Below are positions 1 to 7,500 of a stretch of 44,393 nt of DNA, one piece after another. Under the pieces are notes generated by a model that was given only the letters and a program-made list of their open reading frames with translations, searched no databases and was not told where the DNA came from. Origin of the DNA: a gamma proteobacterium symbiont of Bathyaustriella thionipta (GTDB lineage: Bacteria; Pseudomonadota; Gammaproteobacteria; GRL18). The DNA lies in NCBI GenBank assembly GCA_025656775.1, contig JAHXHI010000207.1:1-44393 (forward strand). Direction: 5' to 3'. The translations under genes were made by a program, and so were the position numbers. The stretch's first letter is position 1. Every line of letters begins with the position of its first letter.

Positions 1-121
1 TTTTCAATATCTAGCCGATAATTTTTCACGAAAACACTTCTTTTTGATATTAAGTTGTTGTTTTATATATCACAAGAAGATCTGCACCCCTAAGATAGCA
101 TCTGCAGGGGATTCAAATTAA

Positions 122-1189
122 GTGCATATTCAGGCAAGGCGTATTTTCCGCTTAAGTTTTACTGCTGCACTGGCACTGCTTGTTGCTTATGCCATATCAA
201 CCCCTTTGCCTTTTATTGCTCCTTTATTTGCTTTTTTTCTGACGGCTATACCAGGTCCTCCATTAGGGACAAAGAAGCTGTTGGGGCTGGTACTACTGGT
301 TATGATAACACTGGGAATGGGTTTACTACTGATTCCATTACTGCTGCATTTTCAGCTGACGGCATTATTACTGGTTCTCATTGGCCTGTATCTGAGTTCC
401 TATCTGACAGTTAATCTCAGTAAGAATTTACCGGGTACTTTTCTTGCCATAGGCGTGACCCTGATTTCTGCTGCCGGGACGGTTAACGATAGTCTTGCAA
501 CCACGATTATTCAAGCCTTAGTTTTGGGTATTATTATTGCCGTGATATGTCAGTCACTGATTTATCAATTGTTTCCAGAGGATCCTCCAAAGCCTTCAGT
601 TAAGCCTCTGGCAGATAAGAGTCAGTCATCAGAACCTCAAAAAGAATCTCATTCAGAAATAATAGGCGCAGTACAATCCAACTGGATTGCCATTCGCAGT
701 ACCTTGATCGTCTTTCCAGCCTATTTATTATTGTTAAGTAATCCGATGGCATATATGCCGATTATTATGAAGGCCGTTATGCTCAGTCAGCAAGCTTCTA
801 CTATCGATGCTAAAAGTGCAGGCAGAGAATTAATAGGCTCAACATTATTAGGCGGTCTGTTTGCAGTATTGTTCTGGTTCGCCTTAGGTCTAAAGGTCAA
901 TTTATGGATGTTTTTTTTATGGATGTTACTTTTTACTCTGTTTTTTTCCTGCAAAATATATCAGCTTATTGCAACGCGTTTCCCGGCATCATTCTGGTTA
1001 AATACAGCAGTGACGATGTTGATTATGCTGGGACCTGAAGTTGAGGATATTGCTAATGGGAAAGATGTCTATGCCGCATTTTTTAGTCGTGCAGTGTTAT
1101 TAATTTTAATTACTCTTTATGCGCTGTTAGCCGTTTATTTTCTGGAATATATCAAGTCACGATACAACAGTCGTGCTTATAGTCACTAA
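122..1189 (+). CDS. DUF2955-family (FUSC-like) inner-membrane protein, probable efflux-system membrane component
   Basis: 355-aa ORF, GTG start. About 10 hydrophobic segments in two halves joined by a polar linker. The N-terminus 'RRIFRLSFTAALALLVAY...PLPFIAPLFA' and 'GRELIGSTLLGG' resemble DUF2955 proteins. Confidence 0.7.
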   Translation: MHIQARRIFRLSFTAALALLVAYAISTPLPFIAPLFAFFLTAIPGPPLGTKKLLGLVLLVMITLGMGLLLIPLLLHFQLTALLLVLIGLYLSSYLTVNLSKNLPGTFLAIGVTLISAAGTVNDSLATTIIQALVLGIIIAVICQSLIYQLFPEDPPKPSVKPLADKSQSSEPQKESHSEIIGAVQSNWIAIRSTLIVFPAYLLLLSNPMAYMPIIMKAVMLSQQASTIDAKSAGRELIGSTLLGGLFAVLFWFALGLKVNLWMFFLWMLLFTLFFSCKIYQLIATRFPASFWLNTAVTMLIMLGPEVEDIANGKDVYAAFFSRAVLLILITLYALLAVYFLEYIKSRYNSRAYSH

Positions 1190-1615
1190 TCTAATATATT
1201 GAATAAATCAGATGCGGCAGCATTATGTTTTTGTTGATTGTTGCAGTTGTGATAAACATGCGATAATACAAAACAGAGCATCTTATCTGGTGTGACATAT
1301 AAGCCATGTTTTGCTTTATGAGTATGTTATTTAACAGTCAATTTTTGTGTGACTATTAATTTCAATGATGGCTTGATTAATCGGTGCAAACTCCCTTTAA
1401 CAATAGCAATAAAGTAATGGTCTATACGAACAATATGGAATAACGACAATGAGTGAAATCAGTTAAACAAGTAATCAGTCTCAAGATGCTAAAATAGGAA
1501 GTAACCGTATTATTTTGATTGTTATGGGGCTGGGTATGTCCAGATATTAACGATGGAACACGTACTTTTACACACCCAGCCAAGCTGTTTAAAAATATGT
1601 CACCCTGATATTATG

Positions 1616-2632
1616 CTATTCAGATGCATAGCCATCAGGATTATTACTTTGCCAGCGCCAGGTGTCTTCAGCCATTTCTTCTAGATCATGTTCTGCTCTC
1701 CAGCCGATTTCCTGCTCAGCAAAAGCCGGATCAGCAAAACAGGTGGCAATATCACCGGGACGGCGTGCAACTATCTGGTAAGGGACTTCTTTGCCTGATG
1801 CCTTTTCGATAGCTCTGACCATTTCCAGTACACTATAGCCCTGACCGGTACCCAGATTATAAGTCACTAAACCGGGTTTGCTGGTGAGTTTTTCTAATGC
1901 TTTGATGTGTCCGCGAGCGAGATCAACGACATGGATATAATCCCGCACACCGGTACCATCAGGGGTATCATAATCACCGCCGAATACGGAGAGTTTTTCA
2001 CGCTTGCCTACAGCAACCTGAGAGATATAAGGGATCAGGTTATTGGGAATACCATTGGGGTCTTCACCAATTAAGCCTGATTTGTGTGCGCCGACTGGAT
2101 TAAAATAACGCAGCAGAGCAATATTCCATTCTTTATCGGCAACATAGAGATCACCACTGATTTCTTCAATAATCAGCTTGGAACGACCATAAGGGTTAGT
2201 GGCTGAAAGAGGGAATTGTTCAGTAATAGGCACGGTGTGAGGATCGCCATAAACTGTTGCTGATGAGCTGAATACAAAGTTTTTTACATTGAAATCACGC
2301 ATGACTTTAAATAAAACCAAAGTGCCGGTGAGATTGGTCTGATAGTATTCAATGGGTTTTTCAACGGATTCACCAACGGCTTTCAGTCCGGCAAAATGAA
2401 TCACCGCATCAATATTTTGTTCGCTGAATATTTTTGCTAAAGCCGGTTCATCCAGTACATCATCCTGATAAAAAGTGACTTCTTTTCCAGTGATTTGTTT
2501 AACCCGATTCAGTGACTCTTTGCTTGAATTACAAAGATTATCAACAACGACAACCTCATAGTGGTTATTGAGCAATTCAATGCAAGTATGGCTGCCGATG
2601 TATCCGGCTCCGCCGGTCACTAATATTTTCAT
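1616..2632 (-). CDS. galE: UDP-glucose 4-epimerase
   Basis: [16 protein letters not shown] Rossmann motif, [16 protein letters not shown] catalytic motif, [21 protein letters not shown]; 338 aa. Confidence 0.97.
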   Translation of the reverse strand: MKILVTGGAGYIGSHTCIELLNNHYEVVVVDNLCNSSKESLNRVKQITGKEVTFYQDDVLDEPALAKIFSEQNIDAVIHFAGLKAVGESVEKPIEYYQTNLTGTLVLFKVMRDFNVKNFVFSSSATVYGDPHTVPITEQFPLSATNPYGRSKLIIEEISGDLYVADKEWNIALLRYFNPVGAHKSGLIGEDPNGIPNNLIPYISQVAVGKREKLSVFGGDYDTPDGTGVRDYIHVVDLARGHIKALEKLTSKPGLVTYNLGTGQGYSVLEMVRAIEKASGKEVPYQIVARRPGDIATCFADPAFAEQEIGWRAEHDLEEMAEDTWRWQSNNPDGYASE

Positions 2633-2693
2633 TAATTATCCTTAAATTGTGTTTAAATACAGTCCTTAAGATTGACTGCTTATCGTATTTTGT

Positions 2694-3038
2694 TTATTGA
2701 AATAGCGATTGATATAGCGCATCTTTAAAGCCGACAGAAAGTGCACCATTGTTATCAAGAATCGGGCGCTTAATAATGGAAGTGGCCTCGAGCATGATTT
2801 GTATTGCTTTGTCCTGATTAATATCCGCTTTTATTTCATCAGGTAATTTTCGCCAGGTTGTCCCGCGTTTATTGAGCAGCACTTCCCAACCCAGAATATC
2901 AACCCATTTCTCTAACAAGCGTTGTTCCAGACCTTCTTTCTTAAAGTTATGAAACTGATAGTCAATTTCATTCTCTGTCAGCCATTTTCGAGCTTTTCGC
3001 ACTGTGTCGCAGTTTGGTATGCCGTATAAGGTGATCAT
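2694..3038 (-). CDS. ArsC/Spx-family reductase (YffB-like)
   Basis: MITLYGIPNCDTVRKARKWL, LLNKRGTTWRKL and IIKRPIL motifs. Start moved to the ATG at 3038, which follows an AAGGA RBS and removes the overlap with dapC. Confidence 0.9.
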   Translation of the reverse strand: MITLYGIPNCDTVRKARKWLTENEIDYQFHNFKKEGLEQRLLEKWVDILGWEVLLNKRGTTWRKLPDEIKADINQDKAIQIMLEATSIIKRPILDNNGALSVGFKDALYQSLFQ

Positions 3039-3045
3039 TGACTGA

Positions 3046-4254
3046 TTATTCCTTGTAAAGTTTAAGGTAGGCACGAATGCGTTGTGCGGCTTCTATACAC
3101 TCTTCAAGTGGAGCGACTAAGGCAATTCTGGCATAGCCATGACCAGGATTGGCCTGACCTGTTTTTCTTGATAGATAACTGCCGGGCAATACGCTGATAT
3201 GCTGCTCTGCATACAGTTTTGAAGCAAATTTTTCGTCATCATTACAGGGAAGTTTAAGCCATATGTAAAAGGAAGCGGGAGGCGCATGGATGTCTATTAC
3301 CGGACTTAAAATATCGACAAATGCTTTATATTTTTCCCGATAAATATCACGATTTTGCTGCACATGCTGTTCATCTTTCCACAGGGCAATGCTGGCTTGC
3401 TGTGTGGTGAGGGACATTGCTGAGCCATGATAGGTTCGATATAAAAGAAACTTTTTAATGATTGCTGCATCACCCGCCACAAAACCGGAGCGAAGTCCGG
3501 GGACATTGGAGCGTTTGGATAAACTGTTAAAGACCACCAGATTGGTGAAGTCAGTTAAACCCATATCGTTAGCCGCTTCAAGTAAACCTGGCGGTGGGCG
3601 ATGATCTTCCTGATAAAGCTCTGAATAACATTCATCTGAAGCAATAATAAAATCATATTTTAAAGCCGTTTTGATTAATTGCTGCAGGGTTGATTTGTCA
3701 ATCACTTCGCCTGATGGATTACTCGGTGAGCAAATATAGAGAAGCTGGCAATGTTTCCAGATATTGCCGGGTATGCTGACAAAATCAGGAATATAGTAGG
3801 TTCTTTCGCAAGCATTGACGAAATAGGGGGTTGCTCCTGCAAGAATAGCCGCACCTTCATATATCTGATAAAACGGATTGGGCATGATAACCAGTGGATC
3901 TTTTTCTTTGTTGTTGACCACTGCCTGAGCAAAAGCAAAGAGTGCTTCACGAGTACCGTTAACGGGCAATACCTGAGTTTCCGGGTCTAATTGACCATCA
4001 CTGAGATGATAGCGATTCTTTAGCCAGTTTGCGATGCTTGTACGAAGTTCAGGCAAGCCTTTTGCGGATGGATATTGGGTCAGGCCATCAAGGTTGTCTT
4101 TAACGGCTTGTGCAACAAAGGCGGGTGGTTCATGTTTCGGCTCACCAATGGATAGCGCAATATGTTTTAATTTGCCATTGGGATTAATACCATTTTTCAG
4201 GGCACTAAGCCGTTCAAAGGGGTAGGGTTTTAAAAGGTCTAATAATGGGTTCAT
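3046..4254 (-). CDS. dapC: N-succinyldiaminopimelate aminotransferase (class I PLP)
   Basis: MNPLLDLLKPYPFERL, LSIGEPKH, NGTREALFA, PNPFYQIYEGAA and SLSKRSNVPGLRSGF are typical of proteobacterial DapC. Usual neighbour of glnD and arsC. Confidence 0.9.
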   Translation of the reverse strand: MNPLLDLLKPYPFERLSALKNGINPNGKLKHIALSIGEPKHEPPAFVAQAVKDNLDGLTQYPSAKGLPELRTSIANWLKNRYHLSDGQLDPETQVLPVNGTREALFAFAQAVVNNKEKDPLVIMPNPFYQIYEGAAILAGATPYFVNACERTYYIPDFVSIPGNIWKHCQLLYICSPSNPSGEVIDKSTLQQLIKTALKYDFIIASDECYSELYQEDHRPPPGLLEAANDMGLTDFTNLVVFNSLSKRSNVPGLRSGFVAGDAAIIKKFLLYRTYHGSAMSLTTQQASIALWKDEQHVQQNRDIYREKYKAFVDILSPVIDIHAPPASFYIWLKLPCNDDEKFASKLYAEQHISVLPGSYLSRKTGQANPGHGYARIALVAPLEECIEAAQRIRAYLKLYKE

Positions 4255-4305
4255 TGTTACAACTCTTAACTCATGTTCTTAAATCGGATGATAAAAATCA
4301 AATTC

Positions 4306-4339
4306 AGTCATTATAAAAGAATTATGACTACCGCATCAA
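4306..4339 (-). promoter_or_regulatory. Putative sigma70 promoter for dapC, overlapped by an inverted repeat
   Basis: Minus-strand TTGATG-18nt-TATAAT (4339-4334 and 4315-4310). Inverted repeat AGTCAT-N12-ATGACT at 4306-4329. Confidence 0.45.
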
Positions 4340-4346
4340 ATAATCT

Positions 4347-4374
4347 TTGCTATTTTGATTTTTGCTAATACAAT
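4347..4374 (+). promoter_or_regulatory. Putative sigma70 promoter for the VOC gene
   Basis: TTGCTA-16nt-TACAAT ending 6 nt before the ATG at 4381. Confidence 0.45.
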
Positions 4375-4380
4375 TAGCTT

Positions 4381-4767
4381 ATGAATAATCACTCGCTATT
4401 TATTGGCCTTCATCACGGCAGTCTGATTGTGCAGGATTTAGCTCAATCACTCCATTTTTATACTCATATTATTGGCTTTGAACACGATCAACAACGTCCG
4501 GAAATGAGTTTTGAAGGCGCCTGGCTTAATGTTGGTGAACAACAGATTCATCTACTGGCCTTACCAGAGACAGAACAAACAATTAACCAGCCGGAGCATG
4601 CCGGCAGAGACAGGCATCTGGCCATTCATGTGACACAAATCGAGGCAATTAAACAGAATCTGGAAGCCAGTCAGATCGCTTTTACCATGAGCCGTTCAGG
4701 ACGAGAGGCTTTATTTTGTCGTGATCCGGATGGCAATGGGCTTGAATTTATTAAAGTGGACAGGTAA
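4381..4767 (+). CDS. VOC (glyoxalase/bleomycin resistance) family protein
   Basis: LHHGSLIVQDLAQSLHFY, GAWL..G..QIHLL, GRDRHLAI and ALFCRDPDGNGLEF VOC motifs; 128 aa. Confidence 0.92.
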   Translation: MNNHSLFIGLHHGSLIVQDLAQSLHFYTHIIGFEHDQQRPEMSFEGAWLNVGEQQIHLLALPETEQTINQPEHAGRDRHLAIHVTQIEAIKQNLEASQIAFTMSRSGREALFCRDPDGNGLEFIKVDR

Positions 4768-4769
4768 TA

Positions 4770-4842
4770 CCCTCACCCAAAGCGGTGCTGTCAGGTGAGG
4801 GGCCCCCCCCCAGATCAGTCTAACTTGTGGTTTCAGACTGTT
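4770..4842. terminator. Hairpins between the convergent VOC and dapL genes (possible terminators)
   Basis: CCCTCACC(4770-4777)/GGTGAGGG(4794-4801) stem, then a C9 run, then a CAGTCT/AGACTG stem followed by Ts. Confidence 0.4.
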
Positions 4843-6051
4843 TTAAATCTTTAACTTTTCCATACGCTTAGTGGCTTCAATCACGTTGTCTCTATGACCA
4901 AAAGCACTAAAACGCACATAACCTTCGCCGCCAGGACCAAAACCAGCGCCGGGTGTGGTCACGATATGGGCATTTTCCAGAATATAACTAAAGGCTTGCC
5001 ATGAATCCATGGATTCAATTTTTACCCAGATATAAGGCGCATTGGAGCCGCCATAGGTGGTAAAGCCGTATTCATCTAATGCCGCTTTGATGATGCGTGC
5101 ATTTTCCATATAGTAATCAACCAGCTCACGCATTTCAGCCATTCCCTGATCATTTAATACATTGATGGTCGCTGATTGAATGATATTCGATGCGCCATTA
5201 AAAATGGTGGTCATAATACGATTCCAGTCACCATGTACTGATGTTCCGTCATCAAACTTTAATGCTTTAGGAACGATGGTCCAGCCCAGGCGAACGCCGG
5301 TATAGCCAAAGGGTTTAGAGAATGAGCAGACTTCAATGGCCACATCCTTAGCACCTTCAATTTCATAAATTGATTTTGGTAATTCAGGATCACTGATAAA
5401 TTCAGCGTAGGCCGCATCAAAAATAATAATAGAACCATTTTCTTTGGCAAAATTAACCAGTTGTGTTAACTGCTCTTTAGTGGCGACAGCGCCTGTTGGA
5501 TTATTAGGCGAGCAAAAATAAATAATATCGGCTTTTTCAAATGTCGGGAAAAAATCATTTTCTGCGGTACATTTCATATAGACAATATTGTCAAACTGAT
5601 CATTCTCTTTATTATACTCACCGGTTTGGCCCACAATGACACCGCTATCCACATAAACAGGATAAGAAGGATCCTGAACGGCAATCGTGGCATCTTCACC
5701 AAACAGCATTTGCAGGCGACCGGTATCGCATTTAGCACCATCAGAAACAAAGACTTCATCGGCATCAACTAAGCCGTTGCTGTACATTTTTTCAGCAATT
5801 TTTTCTCTCAGCACAGTCATGCCCTGTTCATCACCATAACCAGAATAGCCTTCTGCTGTTGCCATACTGTCAGCAGCATCTTTAAGTGCTTTAACAACAG
5901 TGGGTTGTAATGGTTCGGTGGTATTACCAATACCCAGACTAATAATTTCTGCATCCGGGTTGTTTGCCATAAATTCATTTTTGCGACGGTTAATTTCCGG
6001 GAAAAGATAACCTGCCTGTAATTTTGCAAAATTTTTATTTCTTTGTACCAT
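4843..6051 (-). CDS. dapL: LL-diaminopimelate aminotransferase
   Basis: N-terminal 'NFAKLQAGYLFPEI', 'ISLGIGNTTEPL', 'GYSGYGDEQG', 'FVSDGAKCD', 'DPSYPVYVD', 'CSPNNPTG', PLP lysine in 'SFSKPFGYTGVRLGW' and 'TPGAGFGPGGEGYVRFSAF' are all DapL signatures. Confidence 0.95.
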   Translation of the reverse strand: MVQRNKNFAKLQAGYLFPEINRRKNEFMANNPDAEIISLGIGNTTEPLQPTVVKALKDAADSMATAEGYSGYGDEQGMTVLREKIAEKMYSNGLVDADEVFVSDGAKCDTGRLQMLFGEDATIAVQDPSYPVYVDSGVIVGQTGEYNKENDQFDNIVYMKCTAENDFFPTFEKADIIYFCSPNNPTGAVATKEQLTQLVNFAKENGSIIIFDAAYAEFISDPELPKSIYEIEGAKDVAIEVCSFSKPFGYTGVRLGWTIVPKALKFDDGTSVHGDWNRIMTTIFNGASNIIQSATINVLNDQGMAEMRELVDYYMENARIIKAALDEYGFTTYGGSNAPYIWVKIESMDSWQAFSYILENAHIVTTPGAGFGPGGEGYVRFSAFGHRDNVIEATKRMEKLKI

Positions 6052-6090
6052 GTGCTTTCCTAAATCAATGTTTTTGAATCGTTAAAAAAG

Positions 6091-7362
6091 TTATTTGAAT
6101 GTTTGTAAGTTATCAAAATCTAAAGTGGTAAAATAATCATCTAATGTTTCTGCACGTCGAATTTGCATCACGCTGTTATCTTCTCGTAATAAAAGCTCTG
6201 CTGAGCGTAATTTACCATTATAATTAAACCCCATTGAATGGCCGTGTGCGCCGGCATCATGAATGGCCAGAGTATCACCTTCAGTAATTTCAGGTAATTG
6301 TCGATCAATTGCAAATTTATCATTGTTTTCGCACAATGAGCCGGTGACATCATAACAATGTGTTTCGGCCTGCTCTTCTTTGCCCATGACGCTGATATGA
6401 TGATAGGAACCATATAAAGCGGGACGCATTAAATTGGCCATGGTGGCATTGGTGCCGACATAATCCTTATAGGTATATTTCATATGGATGACATCGGTGA
6501 TCAGATAGCCATAAGGCCCGGCAATAACCCGGCCGCATTCCATATAAATTTTTAACGGGTCAAGATCATTGGCTGTGATTAAGCGCTGATATTCCTGCAT
6601 CACCTGTTGTGCGACATAATCGTAATCTACGGCTGTTTGATCCGGTAAATAAGGCACACCAATACCACCACCTAGATTAACAAACTCAAGCTTAATGCCG
6701 AGCTGCTCTTTAAGTTCAACGGCCAGCTCAAATAACATGGTGGCGGTTTCTACAAAAAAGTCCGGGTTTAATTCATTGGAGATAATCATCGTATGCAGAC
6801 CAAAGCGTGTTATACCCTTGTCCAGACATGCTTGATAGCCTGCAAATAACTGCTCACGGGTAAAGCCGTATTTGGCTTCTTTTGGATCACCGATAATGGC
6901 GTTGCCTTCTCTTAACGGGCCAGGATTGTAGCGAAAACAAAGCAGATCAGGTAAACCGCCATGAGACTCTAAGGTTTTTTCCAGATAATCGATATGACGG
7001 ATATCATCAAGATTAATAATAGCGCCTAATTCACGTGCTTTGATGTATTCATCATGCTCCGTATCATTGGAAGTAAACATAATGTCTTCACCAAGCACAT
7101 CAATTTGTTCAGATAAAAGCAGTTCAGCAATGGATGAGCAGTCTGCACCAAAGCCTTCTTCTTTTAATAGTTTCATCAGATAGGGATTTGGTGTTGCTTT
7201 AACTGCAAAATACTCTTTAAATCCGGGAAAAATACTAAAGGCCTGTTGAAATTTTCGTGCATGTGCCCGTAAGCCCTTTTCATCATAGAGATAAAAAGGT
7301 GTGGGATAAGTGGCTTTAATTTCAGTGAGTTGCTGTGCTGTAAAAGGTAACGTTTTTTTCAT
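6091..7362 (-). CDS. lysA: Diaminopimelate decarboxylase
   Basis: PTPFYLYDE, FAVKATPNP (PLP lysine), NLGGGIGVPY, ECGR, LMRPALYGSYHHI, GSLCENNDKFA, GAHGHSMGFNYN and IRRAET; 423 aa. Confidence 0.95.
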   Translation of the reverse strand: MKKTLPFTAQQLTEIKATYPTPFYLYDEKGLRAHARKFQQAFSIFPGFKEYFAVKATPNPYLMKLLKEEGFGADCSSIAELLLSEQIDVLGEDIMFTSNDTEHDEYIKARELGAIINLDDIRHIDYLEKTLESHGGLPDLLCFRYNPGPLREGNAIIGDPKEAKYGFTREQLFAGYQACLDKGITRFGLHTMIISNELNPDFFVETATMLFELAVELKEQLGIKLEFVNLGGGIGVPYLPDQTAVDYDYVAQQVMQEYQRLITANDLDPLKIYMECGRVIAGPYGYLITDVIHMKYTYKDYVGTNATMANLMRPALYGSYHHISVMGKEEQAETHCYDVTGSLCENNDKFAIDRQLPEITEGDTLAIHDAGAHGHSMGFNYNGKLRSAELLLREDNSVMQIRRAETLDDYFTTLDFDNLQTFK

Positions 7363-7439
7363 TATAATCTTAATATTGATATGTTAAATAAATGTTGATT
7401 GAAGTTTTTATAAACCCGCAAGCTTACGCTAAACAAATT

Positions 7440-7488
7440 ATCAAGTCCACCTGTAAACCAGGTGGGTCGAGTTCCAGGTTTACTTGAT
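7440..7488. other. Nested/alternative inverted repeats in the glnD-lysA spacer
   Basis: ATCAAGT(7440-7446)/ACTTGAT(7482-7488) encloses CCACCTG-taaac-CAGGTGG (7447-7465). A competing stem is GTAAACC(7453-7459)/GGTTTAC(7477-7483). Confidence 0.6.
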
Positions 7489-7500
7489 TCGAAGGGGATA

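Noticed and set aside
1186-1389. Minus-strand reading of about 67 codons with one internal stop (…AKHGLYVTPDKMLCFV…) in the DUF2955-galE gap
   Set aside because: The RBS-like GGGAG is only 1 nt from the TTG, there is an internal TAA, and I cannot recognise a family with confidence. It could be a remnant but is unsupported without BLASTX.
7363-7500. Lysine riboswitch upstream of lysA
   Set aside because: The spacer is only 138 bp and lacks the conserved L-box core motifs.
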